Assembly (NCBI GenBank): GCA_051294375.1
Contig: CM119268.1
Coordinates: 23,664,035-23,728,034, forward strand
Reading direction: 5' to 3'
Source of the DNA: Paraspadella gotoi
Taxonomy: Eukaryota; Animalia; Chaetognatha
Length of the DNA: 64,000 nucleotides
Every line of letters begins with the position of its first letter. The stretch's first letter is position 1. Below the pieces are notes generated by a model. The model saw only the letters and a list, made by a program, of their open reading frames with translations, was not told where the DNA came from and made no database searches. The position numbers and the translations under genes are program-made. Below are positions 16,037 to 29,300 of the stretch, piece by piece.

Positions 16037-18851
16037 GATCGAAACAAAACATTAATTGAATATTTTACTTTAAAATGATAATTATTAAGATCATCTTTAT
16101 TCTATTAACTTAAATGTTGCTGAATCCAATTTTAATAATCAGTTTTCTCTAGTGTTTAACGTTTAAAAAGAGACTTTGACCTCAAAATGATCACAAATTG
16201 AAATTCATCAAAATTAATACTATAATAGTTTTTTTCTTTTATTTTATTAATAACAAAAACGATATTAACACAATTGTTAAATACAAAAACAGCAACGGAA
16301 TCAATAAAAACGTAAAAAGACTGGAACTGCTTCAACGTCATCACATGCAACAGAACTCTCATATATTTTCACACGAGAGTTATAACAATCNNNNNNNNNN
16401 NNNNNNNNNNNNNNNNNNNNNNNNNNNNNNNNNNNNNNNNNNNNNNNNNNNNNNNNNNNNNNNNNNNNNNNNNNNNNNNNNNNNNNNNNNNNNNNNNNNN
16501 NNNNNNNNNNNNNNNNNNNNNNNNNNNNNNNNNNNNNNNNNNNNNNNNNNNNNNNNNNNNNNNNNNNNNNNNNNNNNNNNNNNNNNNNNNNNNNNNNNNN
16601 NNNNNNNNNNNNNNNNNNNNNNNNNNNNNNNNNNNNNNNNNNNNNNNNNNCGACACAGATCATCTTTCCTTTGGGCACCAGACGGCGTCTCTATCTCTAT
16701 CTCTCTCTATCTGTTTGTCTCTATCTCTCTCTGTCTCTATCTCTCTCTGTCATTCACGGATGGAGCCATCCAGGGTCAAACTTTACTGAGAACACTTAGG
16801 TCCCATGAAATTCATAGAAAGTAATGATAAAAATGATCAAAACAGTTACGGTCCTCGTTCCTATTTATTAAAATTNNNNNNNNNNNNNNNNNNNNNNNNN
16901 NNNNNNNNNNNNNNNNNNNNNNNNNNNNNNNNNNNNNNNNNNNNNNNNNNNNNNNNNNNNNNNNNNNNNNNNNNNNNNNNNNNNNNNNNNNNNNNNNNNN
17001 NNNNNNNNNNNNNNNNNNNNNNNNNNNNNNNNNNNNNNNNNNNNNNNNNNNNNNNNNNNNNNNNNNNNNNNNNNNNNNNNNNNNNNNNNNNNNNNNNNNN
17101 NNNNNNNNNNNNNNNNNNNNNNNNNNNNNNNNNNNNNNNNNNNNNNNNNNNNNNNNNNNNNNNNNNNNNNNNNNNNNNNNNNNNNNNNNNNNNNNNNNNN
17201 NNNNNNNNNNNNNNNNNNNNNNNNNNNNNNNNNNNNNNNNNNNNNNNNNNNNNNNNNNNNNNNNNNNNNNNNNNNNNNNNNNNNNNNNNNNNNNNNNNNN
17301 NNNNNNNNNNNNNNNNNNNNNNNNNNNNNNNNNNNNNNNNNNNNNNNNNNNNNNNNNNNNNNNNNNNNNNNNNNNNNNNNNNNNNNNNNNNNNNNNNNNN
17401 NNNNNNNNNNNNNNNNNNNNNNNNNNNNNNNNNNNNNNNNNNNNNNNNNNNNNNNNNNNNNNNNNNNNNNNNNNNNNNNNNNNNNNNNNNNNNNNNNNNN
17501 NNNNNNNNNNNNNNNNNNNNNNNNNNNNNNNNNNNNNNNNNNNNNNNNNNNNNNNNNNNNNNNNNNNNNNNNNNNNNNNNNNNNNNNNNNNNNNNNNNNN
17601 NNNNNNNNNNNNNNNNNNNNNNNNNNNNNNNNNNNNNNNNNNNNNNNNNNNNNNNNNNNNNNNNNNNNNNNNNNNNNNNNNNNNNNNNNNNNNNNNNNNN
17701 NNNNNNNNNNNNNNNNNNNNNNNNNNNNNNNNNNNNNNNNNNNNNNNNNNNNNNNNNNNNNNNNNNNNNNNNNNNNNNNNNNNNNNNTCTATTTCTCTAT
17801 CTCTCTCTAAACTATGTATATAGTTAGTCCACTTTGTAATATTTATGTTAATTTATTTACATTTCTTTAAAATGCGTACATACATATATATGTACAGCTC
17901 ATTAACAATTGCATTNNNNNNNNNNNNNNNNNNNNNNNNNNNNNNNNNNNNNNNNNNNNNNNNNNNNNNNNNNNNNNNNNNNNNNNNNNNNNNNNNNNNN
18001 NNNNNNNNNNNNNNNNNNNNNNNNNNNNNNNNNNNNNNNNNNNNNNNNNNNNNNNNNNNNNNNNNNNNNNNNNNNNNNNNNNNNNNNNNNNNNNNNNNNN
18101 NNNNNNNNNNNNNNNNNNNNNNNNNNNNNNNNNNNNNNNNNNNNNNNNNNNNNNNNNNNNNNNNNNNNNNNNNNNNNNNNNNNNNNNNNNNNNNNNNNNN
18201 NNNNNGAACTGACCCCAAGTTTTGTCCCTAATGAGAATTCTATTTAAGGGTCACGGGTCACAGTCGGGTCAGAGATCAAAAGAGTCACGTGGTCACGTAT
18301 CGAGTGGACGGAAATTATAAAAAGAAAGACGTTTTCTTGCTCGCTCCGATTTGACATTTCTATTTCGAATTAAGAAAACTGTTTACCGAAAGCATCCCAT
18401 ATCTGGATTTGGTGCTGAATAAGATTAGTTTTAAGGGTTAAAGTTAAATATTATAAAATATATAATATATATATATATTCCATGACTGTTGTAGAGGTTT
18501 TAGCTCATTTAGCAACTTAAAAATAAATAAAATATAAGAATTAATCATTAAGTAAGGTTAATGAGGCAGGAAAAATCTATTTTTTTTGACTGATCATCAT
18601 TTGTTCCACCACCAATGACCTTAGTTTTGAATAGAGTAGTGATTCTTGGGTCCTTAGTTTGTTATTAACCATCATAGAATTATGATTTGTATGGATCACT
18701 AATTTTAATTCGATTTGTATATCATTACTATTTGTTTATTAATTCTGATTCATAATTTTTGTTTTGCCAGAATTATTCTATTTACTTATTGTTGCTGTCG
18801 TTCCATTTTAAAACGTTAAATTTAATTCTTCGAAGTTTAACCCTTTAAATT

Positions 18852-18886
<35 letters not shown>

Positions 18887-18986
18887 TTCTCTCTCTCTCT
18901 CCCTCCCCCCATTACCTCCCTCTCCTATTTCTCCGGGACATTTTCGAGTCGGGACACGCGAATGTTTCATAATTAGTTCATGAGGA

Positions 18987-19019
<33 letters not shown>

Positions 19020-19574
19020 GAGAGTGTAACTTTAACAATTTCATGTCAGTCGAAAAGGAAAAGGAAAAACAATTTTTTATCAAATCGTTCGTTTAAAAAA
19101 TCTAAAAGAAGCACGAACTCCACAAAAATGCATAAAGGCATTTTGCTATTTAAATAATAAAGTAAAATATTGAAACATTATCTTCTGTTCTTCACAAAAA
19201 AATATCTCATTTTAGTAAAAAGAAGAAATTTAATATTTTCATTCACCGGAGCCAAGTTGTGAAGTGATTTCTTTGTGAGTCAATTTCTTTTTTCGATTCA
19301 CGATGGATCTTCTTCAAACAGATACGGAAACAACTTTCGTGACGGAAGAGGTAAAAGTTAAATAATGTTTCGTCATGTCAAATCATGTCCCATCATGTCA
19401 TGTTATTAAAATTAGTGTTCTCGTTATTAATTAAATTGATTTTCCAATAAGTACGATTAAGAATANNNNNNNNNNNNNNNNNNNNNNNNNATTATTTTAT
19501 CTCCAAAGTAAAAATTATTCCTACTGAGTTTAAACCAAAAAAAATACCATTGATAAACTTTTAAATTTCGAATA

Positions 19575-20549
19575 AAACAGTCTGACCCAAACTGACTTTT
19601 CCTTTTAAAAAATAGTTCTTTTAATAAAAATCCTATCCCAAACTGACTTTTTCTTTAATAAATAGTTTCTTTAATTAAAATATCTACCAAACTGACTTTC
19701 TTTAATAAATAGTTTCTTTTATAAAAAGTCTACCCAATACTGACTTTTCTTTAATTAAATAGTTCTCTTAGATAAAAGTCTGACCCAAACTGACTTTTTC
19801 TTTTAAATAAATAGTTTCTTTAAGTAAAAGTCAGGTGACCCGAACACTGACGTTGTTCTTTTAATGAAGATAGTTTCTTTAATAAAAAGTCGACTCGCAA
19901 TACTGACTTTTCTTTAATAATAGTTGTTCCGTTTTAAGAAAAAGTCGGTGTCCGCAGACATGACTTTTGTGGCTCTTTTTATAAATATTTCGTGAGATAC
20001 TAGAAAAGGGTGCTGAGCCCAAACTGACTTTTCTGGTTTAATAAATAGTTCTTATAGAGAAGAGTCTGAGCCCAAAACTGACTTTTTGGCTTTGAGCGAT
20101 ATAATATGTTTGCTGTTAATAAAAGTCTTATCTCTTATATACTTTTTCTTATTATTATTCTTTAATTAGAAAGAGTCTACCCAAAAACTGACTTGTTCTT
20201 TTAAAAATATTTCTTTAATAAAAAGTCACCCATTAACGTGTTGAGCTTTTTAATATAATAGTTTCTTTTCAATTAAAAAAGTCTGACCCAAACGACTTTT
20301 TCTTTAATAAATGAGGTTCTTTTAATACAAGATAGTCCCTGGTCGTGTTCTGACCCAGACTACTTGTTTTTTTTTAATAAATAGTTCTGTTTACATAAAA
20401 TGTAGTTCAGCCCAAACTGACTTTTTCTGCTTAATAAATAGTTTTCTATTTTAATAAAGTCCTTGACTCTCTATACTGACTTTGTTTTTCTGTTAGATAG
20501 ATATAGTTCTAATAAAAAGTTTACCTCCAACTGACTTTTTCTCTTTAAG
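19575..20549 (+). repeat. ~50-bp tandem repeat array (about 18 degenerate copies)
   Basis: Consensus approx. aaaagtctgacccaaactgactttttctttaataaatagtttctttaat. Confidence 0.9.
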
Positions 20550-20748
20550 TGTTGAGCTAGATGAATTCAAAGAATCCGTTGGGGTAACCATGCCATCGAT
20601 CCACGAGTATCACTTTTTCAGACAAGTAAACTTCACTGGACTAAAAATATATGTGAAAAACGATCCCGAGTCCCACCTCATTTCTAAAAGCGCTATCTAT
20701 ATTTCTTTCTATTATATTATTATTGTTATATTATCTATTATATATTAG
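20550..20748 (+). CDS. Putative terminal coding exon with hydrophobic C-terminus (unidentified gene)
   Basis: Follows ctgactttttctctttaag (branch point, pyrimidine tract, AG). Open frame VELDEFKESVGVTMPSIHEYHFFRQVNFTGLKIYVKNDPESHLISKSAIYISFYYIIIVILSIIY*. Upstream exons not established. Confidence 0.3.
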
Positions 20749-23559
20749 TTTTGTGGATTTGTAATAACAAATATGTGTTATCTATATTATATTAGGTTAA
20801 AAACAGAAATTCGAGCGTATTTTAAGAGCTATTTAGGGCACAGTTGGGTATATTATTAAAAATGCTTTCTAACAACTTACTTGTGATGGAACGTTCTAGG
20901 TTGGTGTGAGACTCCGTCGTCGGTCAACTGACAAGTAGCATCCAAAATACACCATTCAATACATCGCACTTGCTCACTCACCTGCAAAAAAACTGGTGTT
21001 AATGATATTAGTTTGTTATCAGTTCTCATGCTTATTTATTTTAATATAAATTTTTTGTAATGATAATTTAGTAACAAGCAATATAAATTATCGGTTCATT
21101 TAATAAATAACTCTCTTGGACGCACTTGGTGTTTAGGCCCTTCATACTCTTTATGAGTATATGAAATAGCAGTCCCGTGCAAAGCTTCGAATCAAGAACT
21201 CGCTCTCGAGTCTCGTGTTATTCATGTTACTATCACAGGCGCCGCATTCACCACAGCGGCAACTTCTGTTTTGGGACTAAAGAATCGACTTGTAGCTCAC
21301 TGTGCGATGAAAACAAACTATGGTCATTGCATTTGTTTCTTTCTGGGTCTTCGCTTTGGATACATAAATTAGAGAAACATTTATGGGATGTTAAGCATTA
21401 TTATTACATTTAACATTATTTATCCCCATGTGGTTGCGTCACAAGACTTCTGCCTTCTCGAACTCGCGCGCAACAAAGCTTCTTGTAAAAATGTACGAAA
21501 TCGTTCTAAAAAGACTGTGTGGATTTCATTATATCATTATCTTATTAGTGGGGTATAATTGTGTTAAACTGTAATCAATGACGATACCTGTTTTCACATA
21601 GAACGAAAGTTTAACTTCAAAGTGGTAAATTTCAGGCTTAATCTCCTATTTTATCTTCACCTATTTGCTTTATTCTTTCTTTTCCTCCCTCTCTCTCCTC
21701 ACCCCCGTGTGATACCCCCTGTCTTTTCAATTTTCCCCATAACCTCCGACTTCGCCGCAGTGAGATCCTGTAAGTACCGCCCCGCCGCCGCCGCCGTTGT
21801 CGTCGTCTCGTCGTCGTTTCGTCGGGCATATTTCCCCATTACGCAAAAATCCGCGTCCGATCTCCGCTGGTCACGTGTCGAAGTCACGTGATTTTAAAAG
21901 TCTCACGGACCTCGAGATGACTAATCGTCATATCACTTTGACCTCGAATGATCTGGAATCTGCTCCAATCACTGACTCGATATTGACTGAAGCGTCCAAT
22001 CACAGACCTCGACAATAGACGAATCTGTCCAATCATGTGATCCGGGGCGAAAGATCACACAACTTGATCATGTGATCAATGCGACTTTCGCCCCGCGAAT
22101 GTCACGCTGATGGAAGACGATTCGAAATCTCAAGTTCACGTGACGAAAAGATGACCAATGATATGCAATTGAGGTCTTGGGAAATTCGAAAGAGGTCTCC
22201 GTGGGCAAGTTTTGTCCGTGATTGTCGTCGTCGTTGTCTGTCGTTTGTCTTCGTCGTCACATCGTCGTGCGTCTTGTCGTCTCTCATCATCATCGTCTTG
22301 AGTCTTAGTCTCTGACGGTCGGACGCACTGGAAACAGCGCCAGCAAATAGTGACCGCGTAGTTTTTCTAATTTGCTGCTGCTTTTACTGCGACCCCTGTC
22401 GCTGCTACTTACCCAACCGCCTGCGCTGCTGCGTCCGCTACTGCAATTGGAGATCAACATCTGCGACTTTGTTATATCCTTCTTACGACATCAGAATTTG
22501 ACGCGAATCCTGCAGATTTTTGAAACAGATTGTAGGAATGTTTAAAGGGAAAAGAGAGATGTTACAAATTCGGAACAATTAGGCAAAGATTGAGAAAAAG
22601 TTTTAATAATATAAGAGAAGAAATGAAGAAGGTAAAAGAAGATAATCTTGAGTATAGTAAGATTTAGGGGACTAGCTTCCCTTGTGATACTTTTTCGTTT
22701 TAAGTTTAGCTACTTAATGAACTAGGGATGAGCTATAAATTTTTATTAAAAAATGGTCAGATTCATTACAGAGAAATGGTGGAAAAATAATTTTCGTCTT
22801 CACTTAACACAGAAAAAGTCAGAGAGAGAAATATATTAAAAGGCCGTAATATAGACATAAAAGCAAGTACATGATCGAAATAAAGCCTCCCGGTAGGTAT
22901 AGCGCCGTTAAAAAAAAGACAAAATACGAGAAGCTTATAATCAACAATCTGGTATTAATAGCTATAAAGAAAGGAAACAGGTCCATCTCACGGCGATCGG
23001 ATATTCTAACGAGATGACTCACGGAATTTAAAGTTCCCGACTGCTGCTAGTAACGTTACATTTCAATAAATCCTTTAATGCGTGTTTCCTTAAAATTGGA
23101 GCATAATTCTGGATTGGAAAGAAAATTGAGAGTTGGCCTTGGGCCCGCTAAGCATCTAAACTTAAACGCTAAAAGGAGTAGAATCTGACACTACCAACCA
23201 TATACAAAAATTAAGCATTTAGTTAGATATGAGCTCATGGGCTGCGCGCATGACTTTGGACATCGTTCCCATTGAGTTTATTCAAAAGATTCGTTCGAAT
23301 CATTAAGCTAATAATTAAGCTTTAAGTCAGGGGATAAGCGATGACATTAAGACTGTAAAGTTAAAGATAATAGATACAGTTAAGGGTATTAAGGTAGGGT
23401 ATAAGGGGATTCATGAAGGGGATTTAGTTTAAGATTAGGGATGTAGATTTGAAGAGTGGAGATTCAAGTTTATACCAAGGGATGGCTTGAGTAGAGCAAA
23501 GTTTGTTTTGATATATTTAAGGTGGCAAGGATTAAGGGAGATGAGCGGCATTAAGTCGA

Positions 23560-26330
23560 GAAGGTTTGAAAGATTGTGGCCCGTGGAGTGTTCGGGCTGT
23601 CCAGCGATCTCCCTTCTCATCGGCCCAACGGCTTTCTCCAGCAGCCGTAGAGAACAGATGACGCAGCCAGAGAAGAGAAGTTTGAAAAAAACTGCCTAAG
23701 ACTGCTGAATGTGGACATCCCAGAAAGGACATAGTCCCAGGCTTGGCCACCGATGCGTCGTGGAGAGCAGAGCCAAGGCCGTTTCGGCGGGTGGACGAAC
23801 GGTGACAAGTTGGGGCAATTGGAGGCGCTTGAAGTTGGAGGAGATTGAGAGGAACAAAAAATACTATTAGTTTATAAAATAACGAGTAAGAGATGACTTC
23901 ATTATCTAATAATTACATGGTACAATTTAACGCGCCGTCGTAAATTAACGCTGTCATTGGCAAACCCCATGCAAATTTTTCAATGTTAAAAATATGAATT
24001 TAAAGAAAAACCCAAACTATTATACATGCAAATTTTATCAGAATCACTTTTATATGCCTCAGCATAATAGCAGAATGATGGGATTTTTGTTAGAACTCAC
24101 TGTTTTTTAGAGTTTTAATTTTTTCGTTTGTATTTCAGTGTAAGTTGTCTGAAGAACTTGTGATATAAATAGTAATATAATATTAGGTATTTTTCTGAAA
24201 GCCCTTGTCAAATCTAAAGAGAATGAGTTACTTACTAATACCTTCGGCTATCAAAATTACTGTGCTTGCCCAGCTTAATATAATAAGATACTCAAAAACG
24301 AGACATCTTTTTAAAACAATAGCTGAGAGTAAACTTTATGATTTTTATAAAATTGTTATTGGCATCTACAATAATTTTTTTCAGGATTTTTCATATACTT
24401 ATATAAATAATAAAATTTTTGTATAATAATTTAAAACTCGTCACCTATATTTTTAAAAAAATTTACAAATTATCAAAAATTCACTTGACACTCTTAATAA
24501 TTAAGGCGGCAAGCTTACTTTCTATTTAAGCTTCTTCCGTAATATATATATATGTTAATATTTAATAAAATTACTTTGTTTAAAAAAGTCGCAAAAGTTC
24601 AAAAAAAATTGCATTAAAACACAGTGAGTTGGAAAATGGAAACCGATTTGAAAAGCCAACTTTCTCCACTCAATGATCAAGCATATCTAAACTGATCAAT
24701 ATAAATCTTTAATTACATAAATAGTTTAATATTTTTCACTCAATTAATTTTTTAAAAAAATCAAATAACACGGTTGCCAAATGACAGCGCTATCTCTACC
24801 GCGCTTGTAAAATTTCACCATGTATAATACTAAATCATCTAACTTCATATGATATCATCGCATTTGCATCTTTATAATAGTGACAACAAAAACCTCTTCA
24901 TTGCTTGAAGCTCAAATCCACTAATCGTCCTGGTATTTGGGTTTCTTGTTCAGGAAAGCTATGAAGAACGATTGACGCAACACAATCATTTATTTTCATC
25001 TTCGAAAAACTTCAGCACAGCACTTCCAACAATGTTGAGAGCGCTAATGTGGGTCCTCCTGCATCTATCCATCTCAACTCTTTAACCTCTTCTTCAGACA
25101 TGAACGGGTCCTGAGCTGAATCACTAGAGCTTTCCACGCCCCCAGTGGTTAACGCATCCTCACGATTCCTTCTGCTGGCTGATACCATTCAGAATGATCC
25201 CACTGTTTCTGCTTCATAGGCAGCGCGAACTTACTCCATCACCAAACTCCGTTTCCATTACTGAATAAAAGCAGTTACAGTGTACTCACCTTTCACGCAT
25301 AGAGAGTGCACTGGCGCCCAAATATCAATTCTCGGTTTCTTTCCATTGGGATTTAATTGAGTTTCCAGCATTCTTTAACCATTCGTTTCTAGGCCACTGA
25401 GACATTTTGTCCTCAGCTCTTAGACGTGTATGCACAGCTCAGCAAAGCCTTAAACATTTTTTTTCAATTGATACCGATCCCGGTTTACTTCCAAATTTTC
25501 TAGACATCCATAAAATTTAACTATTACAAGTGCATTGACCTCGCGGCTGCGTCTCTTTCACCGGGAACTTAGGAAGCTATAAACCAACCCGAATAGTCTC
25601 ATTTCATCTTTCTCTCCGTACATCATACTGAACCAACCATTCGCACGTACCTCTTCTTGAGTATAAAACTTAAGATAAAAGGTTTCCTTCTAGCCTGACT
25701 GTTTTTAGTGCAGCCTTTGTATCGAACAGGTTGAAAGCTTCTTCTGATTCCCCAATTCTCTTGTAAGCTTCTTTTTTTGAACCATCTTCTTCCTCTGATT
25801 CCAACTAAATTTGATTCCATGACACCGCAAAGCGTTCTCTGTTGATTGTGAACGAAATGACAAACCAATCATTGCAAGCTCCGGTGATGATATCTTCTTG
25901 CGCAAAAAATAAGAATCTCGTACTATTAAGAGTCAAGGGAGAACGACGACAAGCAAAGCCTATACAACCCCTTAACCATCCCGATACCCTTAACCTATCG
26001 CTATTACACGACAATGACACTTTATGACACATTAATCGCGAGCTACCAACGGCGAATACTATCCAAGAACAACGTCTCTACTCACCTTTTGTCGCTTCAC
26101 TTGTCACTCTGTCCTTCCTTTTGTTAAATACAGATTAATCTTTTTTGTCATTGTCTAAACATCTTCCCTTTAGAACTGCCATAAGTTTCGTGCGGGCTCA
26201 CTTAAATTTGTAATTAAAACCTGCTCACCCGATGAGCGAATACTATTCCATGTCCATCAACGACTTGTTTTTGATACTAACAACCTTCCGGATCCTTACT
26301 ACTCATGCGTTTAATAGAATGAGTGCTATA
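23560..26330 (-). pseudogene. Second, frameshifted copy of the DEG/ENaC gene 3' part (pseudogene or error-rich false duplicate)
   Basis: Collinear with 33420-36130: donor tgtactcacc at 25281, remnants FVHNQ..GV, GIRGRR..KKR, and a TM2 remnant PRRIGGQAW/LSGMSTFSSL. Many indels. Confidence 0.65.
23916..24822. mobile_element. TA-flanked TIR element (copy within duplicated ENaC intron)
   Basis: Degenerate copies of the TIRs of the 33750-34708 element (ta-catgg...ccatg-ta). Confidence 0.65.
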
Positions 26331-29300
26331 CTTTTTCTCCTCAACGCTGCGCAGTCAATACCAGGCGACCGCCGGGGCGCTGGGCGCGCGGGGGGGGGGG
26401 AGGAGGGCAGTGAGGTTGTGAGAGGGTCGTGTGCTAGTACCCATTACGAAGTAAACATGATCCATTAAGAGATGCTACCGCTGGATCCCACGGTAAGAGT
26501 GCAGGCATCCCCCTGATGGTGGCAATCGACTATCGTACGTTGGTTGATGTACCGATTTCTCTTTGCTCCTCGTTTTGGTGGACCGACATGTTAGAAGGAC
26601 ACCCAAATCTGTATCATGAAGCGATAGAAAATTTTTGGTCGATTTGTCTGGGAGACGGAATCGGGTATAGGCAGTGAGCCGGTAATCAAACATTAATCCT
26701 CTTGCCACTTCTCTATACCTGCTTCTTCCGAGTATTTCCTGGTTGATGATGCTGAAGAGTCATTTGCCATACTCGAACCATCCGTACATCCCCTGATTTA
26801 TAGCAGGTGTCTCTAATGTGCTGATTCGCACATCTGGACTATCATCGATCATGTTGCTTCCTCATAAGCAATCAGTCACCTCGACACAAGATGATATCTG
26901 TATCAAATGACTGCGCTCTCATCAAAATGAAATAGCAGGTCCCTGCAAGCTTTCAATCAAGACTCGCTCTCAGTCTCGTTTATTCTATTTTATATCACAG
27001 GCGCCGGCATTCACACAGCGAATTCGTGTTTTTGGGACAAAGAATCGGACGGTAGCGTCACTGTGCGATGGGAAAACAAAACTATGTATTGCATTGTTTC
27101 TGTTTTCGGTCTTTCGCTTTGATACATAATTAGAGAAACATTATGCTGATTTAACATTTATTTATTTAACATTTAACATTTANNNNNNNNNNNNTTGTTA
27201 TCATTCTCATTTTATTTATTTTAAATAATTTTTTGTTAATGAAATTAGTACAAGCAATATAAAATTATCCGTTCATTTAATAAATAAGCTATCTTGGACG
27301 GACTTTGGTGGTTTAAGGCCTTCATTACTCTTATGAGATAATGAAATAGCAGGTCCCTGCAAGCTTTCAATCAAGACTCGCTCTCAGTCTCGTTTATTCT
27401 ATTTTATATCACAGGCGCCGGCATTCACACAGCGAATTCGTGTTTTTGGGACAAAGAATCGGACGGTAGCGTCACTGTGCGATGGGAAAACAAAACTATG
27501 TATTGCATTGTTTCTGTTTTCGGTCTTTCGCTTTGATACATAATTAGAGAAACATTATGCTGATTTAACATTTATTTATTTAACATTTAACATTTATTTA
27601 TCCAATGTGTTGCGTCACAATGACTTTCTGCTTCGCGAGTACTCGCGGCGCAACTAAAAGCATTCTTTGTAAAAATTGAATCGAATCGTTGCTATAAATT
27701 ACGTGTATTGTCATTGATATCTATTTATTTCAATGCTTGCCTAATTCTTGTATTCCATGTTGCAAATCTCAATCTTTCCCTTTAACCATTCCTCCACCAT
27801 CTGTTTCAAACATCTGCAGGATTCCGCGTCAAAATTCTGAAATTCGTCAAGAAGGAAATAAAATTCGCCAAGAATGTATGATTCCAATGCAGTAGCGGGC
27901 TAGCAGGACGCAGCAACGGTTGGTAAAGACAGTAGCACGCACACGCAGTAAAGCAGCAGCTATATATTTTATAAGAAAAACTCTTACGGGTCACTATTTG
28001 TGCGCGAACATTTTTCGAGACGTCCGGAGAACGACTAAGACAAAGACGATTATGATGAAGACGACAAACGACGCACGAACCGATGATGATGAAAGAGAGA
28101 CAAGCGAACGACGACCGGACAACGAAGGCAACGCGACGACAAACAACGACAAAATTGACCAGCGTCATCTTTTCGAATTTCGAGACCAAAGATACGGCGC
28201 AAATATTGGGCATATCTTGGGAAACGTCTTTCGGTCACGTTGTAACTTGAGATATTTCTAATCGTCTTCCATCACGTGAACTTCGCGGGCGAAAGTCGCT
28301 ATTATCACGTGATCAATTTTGTCTTTCGCCGCACGAAATCAACGTGAATGGACTCGATTTCGTCACATTCGAGGTCACGTATTTGACGTATTCAAGAGTC
28401 ATTCGAGGTCAGGCGTGACTCCACACACATCTCAGTACATTGCGAAGGTGCGATGGAGAGACTTTAAAATCAACGTGATCTTACGAGACACGTGACGCCG
28501 GAGGGGAGATCGGGACGCCGAGATTTACTTGCGTACTGTGTGAACAATAGAAGGACGCGACGTTCACGAGCACGAAAGCAACGACGAACGAACTGGACAC
28601 AATCGAAATTGAATCATGGCGATGGACGACGAGCGAACCGTAACAGACGACGGCGAGCTGGCGGACGGCGGCGGCGCGGACGCTACAAAGGTCAAGGGCC
28701 AAAAAGTCGTAGGTTATGGGCGAAAATTGAAAAGGAGGGGGAGTATCGCACACGGGGGAGAGAGAGAGAGATCACAAAGAATGAACTAGATAAAAAATAG
28801 GTGAAGAAAATAAAAAATTAGAGACAGAATATAACAGCCTGAAAAATTTAACACTTTGAAGTTAAAACATTTTTCGTCTCTATGTGAAAAAAGCATCGTC
28901 ATTATTACAGTTATACAACTATTATACAGCCAATAAAGATCAAATATGTATCGTAATCAATGAACTAAAATAACGTATTTTTATGCAACAAGATTCATAT
29001 TCAATATTGTCCTACTATAAGNNNNNNNNNNNNNNNNNNNNNNNNNAAAGTTTTAACTAATAAGAGAAGAAATGAAAAGTGTAAAAAGATAAACTTAGTA
29101 TTAGTAAGTATTTATGGGACTAGCTTTTCCTTGTTTATGACTGTCTTCGTTTTAAGTTTAGCTATTAATGAACTAGATGAGTATAAATTTTTATTAAAAT
29201 TTGTGATTATTACAGAGAAATGGGAAAAAATGATATTTTTTTCGTCTTCACTTTAACAGAAAAAGTAAGAGAGAAATATTAGTAAAAGAGCGTAATTGAG

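Larger units (their letters stand above)
21010..26330. repeat. Segmental duplicate: matches 27196-30049 and 33055-36130
   Basis: 21010-21500 ~ 27196-27690; 21481-22595 ~ reverse complement of 27735-29020; 22597-23670 ~ 29047-30049; 23190-26330 ~ 33055-36130. Differences are dominated by small indels. Confidence 0.85.

Noticed and set aside
15840-16050. Possible hammerhead ribozyme (gatcgaaacg motif)
   Set aside because: No correctly placed CUGANGA core or stem I/III pairing could be found.
15548-18247. ORFs spanning N runs
   Set aside because: Open only because the Ns translate as X.
26926-27182. Exact 255-bp tandem duplication of 27340-27596
   Set aside because: Perfect identity beside a small N gap in otherwise noisy sequence indicates a gap-flank overlap artefact.
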